Assembly: GCA_002505775.1 (NCBI GenBank)
Contig: DAVY01000009.1
Location: 101,614-165,613 of the forward strand
Direction of reading: 5' to 3'
Length of the DNA stretch: 64,000 nucleotides
Source: Euryarchaeota archaeon UBA130
GTDB taxonomy: Archaea > Thermoplasmatota > Poseidoniia > Poseidoniales > Thalassarchaeaceae
Under the pieces are notes generated by a model, which was not told the DNA's origin, ran no database searches, and saw only the letters and a program-made list of their open reading frames with translations. The position numbers and the translations under genes were made by a program. Shown here piece after piece: positions 42,603-52,151 of this stretch (position 1 is the first letter of the stretch; every line of letters starts with the position of its first letter).

Positions 42603-45600
42603 TCACATGTTTCTTCTGAACTTCCCACCACTCTCGAACAAGGCTTGAGTAACTTGTCCAACTGTGCAAAAATCAACTATTTCCATCATTACTTCGAATA
42701 GATTTTCCCCATTTCTTGCAGCTTCCTTAAGCCTTTCAATGCCAATCTCGGCCATTGCGGAATTACTCTTCTTGAATGCCACATTTCTCTCTATGACCAT
42801 TCTCTTCTCGTCCTCATCGGATCTAGTTACCTCGATATCAAAGTTTTCAGCAGATACTGACTCTGCCTCCGAGTCGGTGAATGTGTTTACCCCCACTATG
42901 GGTGTCTCACCAGTATGTTTTCGATGCTCGTACAGCATCCCCTCGTCTTGAATACGATTCCTCTGGTAATTAACTTCCAAGGCCCCCAGGACTCCTCCTC
43001 TGCTATGCATCTCTTCGAAAATCCTGAGAACTTGCTCCTCTACCTCATCAGTCAGAAATTCGGCGATAAATGATCCCTGTAACGGGTTCTCATTACGCAG
43101 CCAACCGTATTCCTTAGCTAGGATTAGCTGGATCGCCACAGCGTCCCTCACAGTATCCTCTGTCGGTGTCCCGAAGGCCTCATCCCTACTATTTGTGTGA
43201 AGGCTGTTCGCATTATCCGATAGTGCATAGAGCGCTTGAAGAGTTGTCCTGTAGTCGTTCCATGTGAATTCTTGGGAGTGGAGGGATCTTCCGCTGCTCT
43301 GGATGTGGTACTTCAGCTTCTGTCCCCTATCTCCTACGCCGTATAAATCCCTCATCGCGATAGCCCAGATTCTCCTTGAAACCCTTCCAATTACCGCATA
43401 TTCAGGATCCATTCCATTCGAAAAGAACCAAGAGAAATTACGTAAGAACTTGTCAGCATCCAGCCCTCTTGATTTGAATAACTCGACATAGGTTAGCCCA
43501 TTTGAGAGCGTAAGGGCCGATTGGGTGATAGGATTCGCCCCCGCCTCATCTATGTGATATCCGCTGATGCTCACGAAGTAGTGGTTCCGGACATTGTTGT
43601 CAACGTAAAACTCAGCAACATCCCCCATCATCTTCAGGGCAGTGTCAAGGTTGAACACAAGTGTATTCTGGCCCATAGCCTCTTTCAGTTGATCGGCTTG
43701 CACTGTCCCTCGAACAGTTGAAAGCGTATCAGCTCTAATTTTGGAGGCCTCATCTTCTGTAGGCTCCCTGCCCTCCGAATCTACGAACTTCTTCATCTGC
43801 TGCCTTATTGCTACTTTGAAGAAAGCCGCTAGATGCCACCAGTAGTTACCATTGATGGTCATACTAACAGAAGTGTTAGGGGCGCAAAGGTCGAATCCCT
43901 CGAACAACTTATCCATCTCATCAATAGTGCTTATGCTGACCCCCGACTCGCAAACCTTTCCAAAAATATCCAAGCGTTCTTGTGGATCATTTCCATACAA
44001 GCTAGGGGAGTCGAAAGCCACTGAGAGGCGGTTGAAGTCTTGATCCTTGGAAAGAAAATGATATCTCTTATTTGTTCTCTCGGCACTGCCCTCTCCAGCG
44101 AACATCCTGACGGGTAGCTCATCCTCCCTCCTGAATGGGAAAACCCCTCCGGTATAGGGAAAAGACCCCGGAACATTCTCCTTGCGAATCCATTTCAGCC
44201 TCTCCCCCCAATCCTCGGAAGTGGGAAGAGCCACACGTGGGACCTTGGTCCCAGACATCGTCTCATGGGTAGTCTTGACTGGGATTTCCCTTCCTCTGAC
44301 TGTGTAGCTAGCCTCGCCCGATCTGTAGGCCTCAGCCATAGCCTCGAACCTCTCCAAGGACCCCCAAGCCTCAGTTGGAACAGTTTCTCTGATTTCCGAT
44401 GCCTCCTCTTCCAAGTCACCAACAGATGATATCTTTCCAGACTTCCTCAATCGCTCTGCAGATGCCTCTAGGCGTTGGACTAGCCTAACTGAATCACTGA
44501 CCTCCTCCGTCCTACTATGATACCCTCGAACCGCTGAAGCGACCTCTGCTAGGTACCCCTGTCTTTCAGGGGGTATAGGGGGCTCACGAGTAGGAAGCCC
44601 GTCCACACCCAGCCTTGGCACAGATGCAGTGAAGTTGCATCCGTACTCATGGTTGAGTATCTCAGAAATGGCCTCCCATAGCCTATCAACCCCTGCATCC
44701 GCAAACTGACTTGCAATAGTGGGTATGACTGGCATGGATTCTGGGCTTTCGTCAAACGCCTCTCTGTTTCTCTGGAATTGCTTCCTAATCTCGATTAGGG
44801 CGTCTTCAGCGCCAGCCCTGTCAAATTTGTTCAAGACCACGATATCAGCGAAGTCCAGAGCGGCCAGTTTCTCCAGTTGACTCGGGGCCCCATACTCCCG
44901 AGTGGTAACATACATCGAGACATCTGATACTTCTGTAATCGCATCATTTCCTTGCCCTATACCACTGGTTTCCACGATTACCAAGTCGAATCCAACTGCT
45001 TTGCACACTTTCACCGCCTTGCCAACACAGTCCGCGATTTCCCGACCACTGTCCCTGCTGGCAAAAGATCTCATGAATAGGTTCGAATCGGATAGAGAAT
45101 TCATTCTGATTCTGTCTCCAAGGAGCGCCCCGCCTGTCTTCTTTCTCGTGGGATCAGTAGCTAGCAGTGCCACTTTAGCGCCCGGATTATCCCTCCTTAT
45201 TCGTAGCATAACCTCATCCATCAGGCTCGACTTCCCTGCTCCTCCTGTTCCAGTCACTCCCAAAACTGGGCACTCCTCGTAGCCCTTCACTGAGCGCACT
45301 CTGGTTAGCGTCTTCTCAAACTCCTGTTCCGTCGAGTTCTCTGCCATAGTGAGTAATTTTGAGACTGATGCGTGGTCATCTGCAGAAACAGGATCCCGCA
45401 GAGACTCAAACCTAGAAGCATCCATGAGATTGATTTTACCTGCTTCTTCCATGGCATCCTTTACCATTCCGACCAATCCCATAGTCCTCCCATCCTCAGG
45501 TGAGTATATTCTTCCGATGCCGGAATTCTTCAGATGTTCAATCTCATGAGGGAGAATCGTGCCACCTCCACCTCCAAAGAGGAAAACATGGCCGAATCCA

Positions 45601-45854
45601 GAATCTTCCAGTATGTCACTGGTATGTGTGAACATCTCCACGGCCCCTCCCTGATATGACGTGATTGCAACTGCGTGAGCATCCTCTTGGATTGCGGCTC
45701 TAGCCACTTCATCAGCTCCCCTGTCGTGGCCTAAGTGAATCACTTCACACCCCTGACTCTGCAGAATCCTCCTGAATATGCCTATTGCCGCGTCGTGGCC
45801 ATCAAAGATAGCTGCGGCAGTGATGACTCGAAGAGGCAACTGGCCACCCGCCAT
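42603..45854 (-). CDS. icmF: fused isobutyryl-CoA mutase IcmF (B12-binding domain, MeaB-like GTPase, mutase barrel)
   Basis: B12 site AAIFDGHDAAI...GHDRG. G-protein P-loop GVTGTGGAGKSSLMDE, then VETSGIGQ and LNKFD. Large C-terminal methylmalonyl-CoA-mutase-like domain. Start taken at M33 (45854) of the 1115-aa track ORF. Confidence 0.88.
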   Translation of the reverse strand: MAGGQLPLRVITAAAIFDGHDAAIGIFRRILQSQGCEVIHLGHDRGADEVARAAIQEDAHAVAITSYQGGAVEMFTHTSDILEDSGFGHVFLFGGGGGTILPHEIEHLKNSGIGRIYSPEDGRTMGLVGMVKDAMEEAGKINLMDASRFESLRDPVSADDHASVSKLLTMAENSTEQEFEKTLTRVRSVKGYEECPVLGVTGTGGAGKSSLMDEVMLRIRRDNPGAKVALLATDPTRKKTGGALLGDRIRMNSLSDSNLFMRSFASRDSGREIADCVGKAVKVCKAVGFDLVIVETSGIGQGNDAITEVSDVSMYVTTREYGAPSQLEKLAALDFADIVVLNKFDRAGAEDALIEIRKQFQRNREAFDESPESMPVIPTIASQFADAGVDRLWEAISEILNHEYGCNFTASVPRLGVDGLPTREPPIPPERQGYLAEVASAVRGYHSRTEEVSDSVRLVQRLEASAERLRKSGKISSVGDLEEEASEIRETVPTEAWGSLERFEAMAEAYRSGEASYTVRGREIPVKTTHETMSGTKVPRVALPTSEDWGERLKWIRKENVPGSFPYTGGVFPFRREDELPVRMFAGEGSAERTNKRYHFLSKDQDFNRLSVAFDSPSLYGNDPQERLDIFGKVCESGVSISTIDEMDKLFEGFDLCAPNTSVSMTINGNYWWHLAAFFKVAIRQQMKKFVDSEGREPTEDEASKIRADTLSTVRGTVQADQLKEAMGQNTLVFNLDTALKMMGDVAEFYVDNNVRNHYFVSISGYHIDEAGANPITQSALTLSNGLTYVELFKSRGLDADKFLRNFSWFFSNGMDPEYAVIGRVSRRIWAIAMRDLYGVGDRGQKLKYHIQSSGRSLHSQEFTWNDYRTTLQALYALSDNANSLHTNSRDEAFGTPTEDTVRDAVAIQLILAKEYGWLRNENPLQGSFIAEFLTDEVEEQVLRIFEEMHSRGGVLGALEVNYQRNRIQDEGMLYEHRKHTGETPIVGVNTFTDSEAESVSAENFDIEVTRSDEDEKRMVIERNVAFKKSNSAMAEIGIERLKEAARNGENLFEVMMEIVDFCTVGQVTQALFESGGKFRRNM

Positions 45855-45992
45855 GCTTTCCGGACAACACCACCAGACATGAAGCCGACGGAAGACGTAG
45901 AAATGTGGAATATAGACATCAATATGTTCGTAGACAATAATTCGGGTCATAATTCAAGAACCCAAGCATGAGGTGAACCGCGAGGCGAAGGC

Positions 45993-46439
45993 ATGCTGTG
46001 TCCAAGGGATGGTTCAGAACTGGTAGCACATACTGACCAAACCCGTTCAGCATTCATTGACCACGGCATCTCGCACTGCCCGAGTTGTTCAGGCATGCTT
46101 CTGAATGCTGACGCCGCCGCTAACTCCATGACTGAAAGTAAATTGAAGAAGATGCACGAAGCCTTCAGTAGCGACTGCGAGGAAGTCGACCTGGACTGTC
46201 CCTGTTGCAACTCAAAAATGAGGGTCAGGAATATTGTTTTCAAAAGAATAAATGGGACAGACATGGAACCTATCGAGATAGATGGATGTCCGGAGTGCAA
46301 CACCTTCTGGTTCGATGCGGGGGAGCTACAGAGAATTGTCAATCCGGACAGTAAGCCGTATGATGATACTGCAGTGGAGTCGACAGCTCTGGCATTGGCA
46401 TTGGAAATACTACTACAACTTCCATTCGTGATTCTTTGA
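45993..46439 (+). CDS. zinc-ribbon protein (zf-TFIIB-like, CxxC...WFD..EL type)
   Basis: 148 aa. CPRDGSEL...HCPSCSGMLL and CPCCNSKM...IEIDGCPECNTFWFDAGELQRI. Confidence 0.6.
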   Translation: MLCPRDGSELVAHTDQTRSAFIDHGISHCPSCSGMLLNADAAANSMTESKLKKMHEAFSSDCEEVDLDCPCCNSKMRVRNIVFKRINGTDMEPIEIDGCPECNTFWFDAGELQRIVNPDSKPYDDTAVESTALALALEILLQLPFVIL

Positions 46440-47063
46440 TCACAACCATCCGCTAGCCAGTATGCCAGCGAAAACGAACATTAAGATCCCCATACAGCCG
46501 TCTATGAGATGAGCGTTAGATCTGAGCCTATCAACACCATTTCCCGAACTTAGGATAGTGGCCACAGTAACGTACCATGTCCCATCTATGCCCATTCCTA
46601 GCGCCCCCATCCCGAGAAGGGTTTCGATACTAACGTCTGCCTCAATGAAGGGGGCGTAGAGTGCGAGCATCCAAGCTAGGATTTTAGGATTGAATAATGC
46701 AATCATGAAACCCTGGAAGAAGCCACTGGCCTCGGATGGTCCATCTTCCCTGTTTCCTTCAGGGGCCCGAGGTCCACTCAATGAGCTCTTGATGAATCTG
46801 AAACCCAACCAAAGTAGGATGGCAACTCCTCCCCAATGAAGGACAAACTGGGCTCCCTCGTGCATTGACAGCGCGGTCGCCAGACCAAGTGCTGCAAGGA
46901 ACGCGTATATCCCGAAACCGATCCCATGCCCCAGTCCAGTGGCAATCCCCTGTCTCCTCCCTCCTGAAATTGTATTGCTGAGTATCACAGCGAGGGAAGG
47001 TCCCGGGCTCATTGCCCCGAGCATGAACACGACCGCTAATGCGGCCCATGCCTCAGGACCCAT
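46440..47063 (-). CDS. LysE/RhtB-family amino acid exporter
   Basis: 207 aa with six TM segments. N-terminal GAMSPGPSLAV is typical of LysE translocators. Confidence 0.75.
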   Translation of the reverse strand: MGPEAWAALAVVFMLGAMSPGPSLAVILSNTISGGRRQGIATGLGHGIGFGIYAFLAALGLATALSMHEGAQFVLHWGGVAILLWLGFRFIKSSLSGPRAPEGNREDGPSEASGFFQGFMIALFNPKILAWMLALYAPFIEADVSIETLLGMGALGMGIDGTWYVTVATILSSGNGVDRLRSNAHLIDGCMGILMFVFAGILASGWL

Positions 47064-47072
47064 TCAACGACC

Positions 47073-48866
47073 TCAGGAGTACATTGCTTCTATCTCAGAT
47101 GACCAGTTCTCTCGAATCTGTTTCCTTCTAATCTTCAGGGTCGGAGTCAGCTCACCCTCATCCACACTCAAATCTCGAGGGAGTACTGTGAACTTCTTCA
47201 CTTGCTCGGGGTTGCTGAACTTCCCATTCAGCTCGGCAACTGCCACTTCGATCTGTTTGTACGTCTCACTTCCGACGGAGGTGTATTCTGACAAATCATG
47301 GCCCAACTCAGCAAGCTTAGCGAGTTGTTTTGCAGGGTCCTTAGGGACCTCTGTGGCACCATCAAGGCCATGGACGTCTCTGAGAATGGCGCCGACGTCA
47401 AGTGTGAAGAGGGCACTGCAGTACTTTCTGTTGTCTCCAATCAGCATGCATTGCGACACAACTGGGATGGATTTCATTGTCTCCTCAATCACTAACGGGG
47501 CTACATTCTTTCCCTGCGAGCTCACGTAGATTTCCTTCAGTCGACCCGTGACGTAAACGAATCCGTCCATGTCCATCTTGCCCAAATCTCCCGATTTAAG
47601 CCACCCATCTTCCGTCATTGTGGCAGCTGTAGCCTCTGGATCCTTGTAGTAACCCGGCATTATGTGCCTTCCACTGAACTGGATTTCCCCATTGCCATTC
47701 TCATCAGGATCAGCAATCCTGAGTCCAGTTCCTTCGAAAGGCTTCCCTACTGAACCTATCCTATTGTGTGCTGGAGACCCCAGGGTAGCTCCAGCGGTAG
47801 TCTCAGTCATGCCATATCCCTCGAAAAGAGGTACTCCAAGCTTAGAGAATAGCTTGAGGATATCTGGATTGATCGGAGCAGCTCCAGTAACTGCAAACTT
47901 GACATTCGAAAAGCCAATCTTTCCCTTTGCCTTCTTTTTGATAATCCCACCTAGTCCTGGTACGCTGAGTAGCCATGTTGGAGGAAGTCCAGCGACTAGG
48001 TTGCTGTACACCTTCTCATAGATTCTCGGGACCCCAATAAAAAGAGCAGGCATCGCCTCCTTACAGTAGTCAATTGAGTGTAGCGGACTGTCGACCACGG
48101 TCATGTGCATCGCGTCTCTAATCCAGAGATGATTATCTGCAACTTGACCGAATACATGTGCGCAAGGAAGCCAAGAAACATACCCATCTCCGGGATTGAA
48201 TTTGGCTAGCTTTCCAATGCACTCTAACTCATAGTCGAAGTTATCGTGGGTCAGAACAACTCCCTTCGGATTTCCGGTTGTCCCAGAAGTGTAAATGAGG
48301 GCGGCTGTATCAGAGGGCTTGATTCCCGAGATCCTTTCCATAACTGCATCATCAGAGATTTTCGATCCCATTGACATGAAACTCTCCCAGTCATGAGCAT
48401 TCGGGTGATCAATAGCTTGCATTGAAGACATGGAAACGATGGCCTCTACCTTATCCAAGGAGGGCATGGCCTTCTCGAGGCGCTTCGTGCACATTTTTTC
48501 TGGGTCTCCGTTATCCATAGGATTTGTACCCACAAAAACTACCTTTGAGTCCGAGTTACCAACTACCCATTCGACCTCGTCAGGTGAGCAAGTGTGGTAG
48601 ACTCCTACCGCAGCACCGTTGCAAAAATTAGCAGCCGCGTAAGCCGCATACCATTCCATTCTATTGTATGAGTAAATGCTTAGGTTATCTCCAGGCTCAA
48701 AACCAATGGCAATCAGTGACTTTGCCATTTTCATAGTTACATCATAAAAATCCGACCATGTCATTCTTACCCAGTTTCCGGACTCATCTTTGTATGACAG
48801 AGCTATAGCATTCGGCATGTTTACGGCGTTTGATTTCAGGTACTCGGGCGTCGTCTTGGCGTCCAT
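47073..48866 (-). CDS. long-chain acyl-CoA synthetase (AMP-forming)
   Basis: 597 aa. AMP-binding signature IYTSGTTGNPKGVVLTH, then EGYGMTET, GWLKSGDLG and PTLKIRRK. Confidence 0.88.
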   Translation of the reverse strand: MDAKTTPEYLKSNAVNMPNAIALSYKDESGNWVRMTWSDFYDVTMKMAKSLIAIGFEPGDNLSIYSYNRMEWYAAYAAANFCNGAAVGVYHTCSPDEVEWVVGNSDSKVVFVGTNPMDNGDPEKMCTKRLEKAMPSLDKVEAIVSMSSMQAIDHPNAHDWESFMSMGSKISDDAVMERISGIKPSDTAALIYTSGTTGNPKGVVLTHDNFDYELECIGKLAKFNPGDGYVSWLPCAHVFGQVADNHLWIRDAMHMTVVDSPLHSIDYCKEAMPALFIGVPRIYEKVYSNLVAGLPPTWLLSVPGLGGIIKKKAKGKIGFSNVKFAVTGAAPINPDILKLFSKLGVPLFEGYGMTETTAGATLGSPAHNRIGSVGKPFEGTGLRIADPDENGNGEIQFSGRHIMPGYYKDPEATAATMTEDGWLKSGDLGKMDMDGFVYVTGRLKEIYVSSQGKNVAPLVIEETMKSIPVVSQCMLIGDNRKYCSALFTLDVGAILRDVHGLDGATEVPKDPAKQLAKLAELGHDLSEYTSVGSETYKQIEVAVAELNGKFSNPEQVKKFTVLPRDLSVDEGELTPTLKIRRKQIRENWSSEIEAMYS

Positions 48867-48932
48867 GAGGCTTTACGGGACATCAGTCGACTTAACTCTT
48901 TACTAGAAATAAATGCAGTATTTTTCTTTGTT

Positions 48933-49664
48933 TTAGGGCAATACTGCCCGTACATTTTCGCGCCAGTCAGCCCCTCCATTCCTATTTGCGAGAGGGGATG
49001 CTGGAGATGGATGCCAGCAGCCTTTGACTTGGATGCCACTACCTTCCAACGCATTCAATGCCCGTCTTTCCGCAAATTTCCCGATCCCGATAACACAGTC
49101 TGCATTCAAGGAATCCACTACCTCTTTCAGGTGCTTGTCACACCTCTGCAGTAGCTTTCTTGCAGTCATCCCGGAAATTTTGTCCGGAGTAACATTCACT
49201 CCCCTCTCGCCGTTAAGTAACATAAGAGGACAGTGGTTGACCAAGAACACTTTCTCGAAGATTCTGTCCGAGCTGCCATATGTCTCTGATAGAAGGCCCC
49301 AAATCCTTGTTCCAGATACCTCCTCTCTGGGGTATTCAAGGCCGATTACTGGCCTTTTGGGGTGAGGTGTTGATGGTTGCTTAACCGGAATGTTCCTTAT
49401 TCCAAGGATGTCCCTCACCATGCTAGTTGCAGCGAAGGGTATCCCCATCTGCCCCATTCCATGTGGTCCCGGATTCATTCCGAGCATCACAGTCTTAGCG
49501 CCTCTTCCTCCGGAAATCTGAATGTACCGTTCATGAATATCCCATGCGTAATCCAGAGGGTTATAGACGCAGTCAACTGAACCCTCCTCGACAAGCATGG
49601 CCCCCAGCTCATCAGCGTCATCCCTGAGTCGGGAAGCAGAACTAATTAATCTCTCAATCGACAT
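48933..49664 (-). CDS. family 3 (SMUG1-like) uracil-DNA glycosylase
   Basis: 243 aa. GMNPGPHGMGQMGIPF and C-terminal CWHPSPASPLANR match the SMUG1 motifs as I remember them (GMNPGP..M.QTGVPF and HPSP). Confidence 0.7.
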   Translation of the reverse strand: MSIERLISSASRLRDDADELGAMLVEEGSVDCVYNPLDYAWDIHERYIQISGGRGAKTVMLGMNPGPHGMGQMGIPFAATSMVRDILGIRNIPVKQPSTPHPKRPVIGLEYPREEVSGTRIWGLLSETYGSSDRIFEKVFLVNHCPLMLLNGERGVNVTPDKISGMTARKLLQRCDKHLKEVVDSLNADCVIGIGKFAERRALNALEGSGIQVKGCWHPSPASPLANRNGGADWRENVRAVLP

Positions 49665-49671
49665 AATTCCA

Positions 49672-50145
49672 CTACTGTTTGATATCCTCTAAAGATGCGC
49701 CAGAAATATGCAATAGTGCTTCAGGTGAGATGGGGAAAACCGTCTGGGCCGTCCCTCCCGCTCCCCAAATTGTACCATATTGCATCAAATCCTCGTCCAT
49801 CAAGACACGAGTTTTCTTGGTGTGTCCGAATGGAGGAACCCCTCCAACCCTATATCCTGTGTTTTCCTCCACATATTCTGGATCTGCCATACCCGGTTTG
49901 TAACCGAGGATCCTCTTCAGCTTTCGTTTTCTATCGACTCTGTTAGAACCAGATGTAATTACAACAACCGCGCACTCCTCACCAACAAACACCACCGACT
50001 TCGCAATATGGGAGACTTCGCACCCAAGCTGATTTGCGGCATCTTGAGATGTCCTCGTTCCTTCCTCGTAGATCTTGGCATCGGCAGAGAAACCCATCTC
50101 GAGACACTTGGACAGCCATAGCTCGTGACCATCCATGACGCCCAA
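49672..50145 (-). CDS. YbaK/ProX-type aminoacyl-tRNA deacylase domain protein
   Basis: 157 aa. IAKSVVFVGEE...VITSGSNRVD...GYRVGGVPPFGH. Confidence 0.7.
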   Translation of the reverse strand: MGVMDGHELWLSKCLEMGFSADAKIYEEGTRTSQDAANQLGCEVSHIAKSVVFVGEECAVVVITSGSNRVDRKRKLKRILGYKPGMADPEYVEENTGYRVGGVPPFGHTKKTRVLMDEDLMQYGTIWGAGGTAQTVFPISPEALLHISGASLEDIKQ

Positions 50146-50160
50146 AGGGGGCCATGAGTA

Positions 50161-51702
50161 TTGATGGTTAGGGATTCATTGAATACTAGCGGTCCTTATG
50201 GAATATGTGTAATATTCATGACTGGCTCATTACGGGGCAAGCTCATGTCGTGGCCCATCGGACCCTATGGGACGATAATGGCTTTTATCCTAATTTCAAC
50301 GATCCCTCTCAGAAACCTCCTTTCCAGGGATGAGAAGGAAGAGCGCCTCAAGCTCTCCGAATTGCCTGCTGAGATTAGGGAAAAGGGGTACAAGTGGCAC
50401 ATATCGCTATTTGTTGTCATGTACCTGTACAAGGCGGTGATTGACCACCACAATGAGCCGATTAAAGCCAGAGTTGGAGGCTACACACATTGGATTCACT
50501 CAATAGAGGGGGATTTCACAATCTGGGCCCAGAACGCATTAAAGAGCGACATTCTTACCGATGCATTGTCCTTCCACTACCTCTATGTGTACCTGTTCAC
50601 GATATGGTTTCTCCCGATTTACTTCATCATGGTAAAGGATCACGTGATGGCCGACAAGGCCACTTTGAATTACTTTGTAATTTATGTCCTAGCAGTACCG
50701 ATGTACCTGTTCTTCAACGTGGAAGTCACAAGCTCTTTCATTCCTGGCATGGAGGCGTTGCTCTACCACGATTCATGGTACCTCGAGTTCTTCACGAATA
50801 ATGACCCCATGGACAATGGCTTTCCAAGCTTGCATTTCGGCTTACCTATTGGACTGTTGATCATCAATAGATTGCACTGCAGGGATCTCGGGATATCCAT
50901 CAGGGACTGGAGGCATAGGGAACTCGATATGTTTGTGATGGTCAATGTTGGAATCTACTTCTTCAGCATACAGTATCTTGGAATCCATTGGATAACTGAT
51001 GTTGTTCCTGGTTTGATACTTGGTGGAATATGTGCTATTTTCTGTCACAGCTGGCAACCAATTCTACGAAACAGGCCCGTGCATGGATGGAAGTCGCTAG
51101 TTCCGAACAAAAGGGCACTCTCGACTGCGACAATTTTCACCATCCTATGTGCCAGTCTAATGGTAAACGCAATAGTTGACGGTCCCGGAGCAGATGATGA
51201 GGTGCCTAATTTCAGGTTGGGTGAGGGCGATTTCATCATCGATACAATAGAGGTCCACAGTTTATCCCATCCTGTGACAGTGGAGGTGACAAACCTTGCA
51301 AGCTCCCCCTCGGCCGGGCCCCAGGAGGGGATGCTAACCTGCGTCATTACCGCTAGGAGCGAGGTTGTAGACTTCTTCGAAAGAGGAGGATTCTCCGAGG
51401 GGCATGATTTCTCTGGTCTTCTGGAGGTACCCCACCATTCGAACCACACGATTGGCCCCGGGGAATCAGTGGCCACTGCAGTCGATACGAAGACAATCTT
51501 CGACACTCATCTGGTAATCTGCTCTTCAGACCAATCATCCATGGAATTAAGGATAAACATGCACTATTTCGATGATGAGCTGATTTGGTCTGCTGTTGTG
51601 GTGTCATTACCCGCCTTCTTTATTGTAGGCCTGGTAATTGATTCCAGGAGGGAGCAATCAAGTCACATTGAAGGCGAAGATTCCACCCATGTAGACTCCT
51701 GA
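50161..51702 (+). CDS. PAP2-superfamily membrane protein (Aur1/sphingomyelin-synthase-like C2/C3 motifs) with extra C-terminal domain
   Basis: 513 aa and multi-TM. FPSLHFG and GIHWITDVVPG resemble the SGH and HxxxD motifs of PAP2_C-type phosphotransferases. About 170 aa of non-membrane C-terminal sequence. Confidence 0.55.
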   Translation: MMVRDSLNTSGPYGICVIFMTGSLRGKLMSWPIGPYGTIMAFILISTIPLRNLLSRDEKEERLKLSELPAEIREKGYKWHISLFVVMYLYKAVIDHHNEPIKARVGGYTHWIHSIEGDFTIWAQNALKSDILTDALSFHYLYVYLFTIWFLPIYFIMVKDHVMADKATLNYFVIYVLAVPMYLFFNVEVTSSFIPGMEALLYHDSWYLEFFTNNDPMDNGFPSLHFGLPIGLLIINRLHCRDLGISIRDWRHRELDMFVMVNVGIYFFSIQYLGIHWITDVVPGLILGGICAIFCHSWQPILRNRPVHGWKSLVPNKRALSTATIFTILCASLMVNAIVDGPGADDEVPNFRLGEGDFIIDTIEVHSLSHPVTVEVTNLASSPSAGPQEGMLTCVITARSEVVDFFERGGFSEGHDFSGLLEVPHHSNHTIGPGESVATAVDTKTIFDTHLVICSSDQSSMELRINMHYFDDELIWSAVVVSLPAFFIVGLVIDSRREQSSHIEGEDSTHVDS

Positions 51703-52086
51703 AGCAGCCCCTAGGCCTAACCAGACCCCTATCCTGAATGCCGGATAGGCCTTCCTCCATACGAAAATGGATTCACGGACCCATATCAGTATCACTGGCA
51801 CGAACCAGACGAAGAAAATAAGCTGCGGCAGCAGGGAGAACAGTATTGAGGAAAGGGATCCGAGAAACATCTCAGCTTTAGCATCGAATCTACCTTGCAA
51901 GAAACAAATCGCTAAACAAGCGACTGTCGCAATAGCGAACGGAGCGAACAAAGAGAATTTCGACTCGGTAGTCAAGTATTCGGACTCAACTAGATATGGG
52001 AGGCAACCGGACACGAAGCCCAAGATACTGGGAATCGCCACAGGCCACAGTGGAGGCTTGTCCCACTTCACGACTGCGCGCCTCAT
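51658..52086 (-). CDS. hypothetical integral membrane protein
   Basis: 142 aa with four hydrophobic helices. Overlaps the 3' end of the convergent upstream gene by 45 nt. Confidence 0.45.
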   Translation of the reverse strand: MRRAVVKWDKPPLWPVAIPSILGFVSGCLPYLVESEYLTTESKFSLFAPFAIATVACLAICFLQGRFDAKAEMFLGSLSSILFSLLPQLIFFVWFVPVILIWVRESIFVWRKAYPAFRIGVWLGLGAASGVYMGGIFAFNVT

Positions 52087-52151
52087 TTCTCACCAATGAA
52101 GTCTGGTATTTCTCCGAAAGGTTTTCTTTAGATTTCTTCATCTCAGACAAC

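Noticed and set aside
45855-45950. The 32-codon N-terminal extension of the icmF ORF, and similarly 51996-52151 for the amnB-like ORF.
   Set aside because: The extensions have odd composition. The family-typical N-termini begin at the internal Met residues (45854 and 52152).
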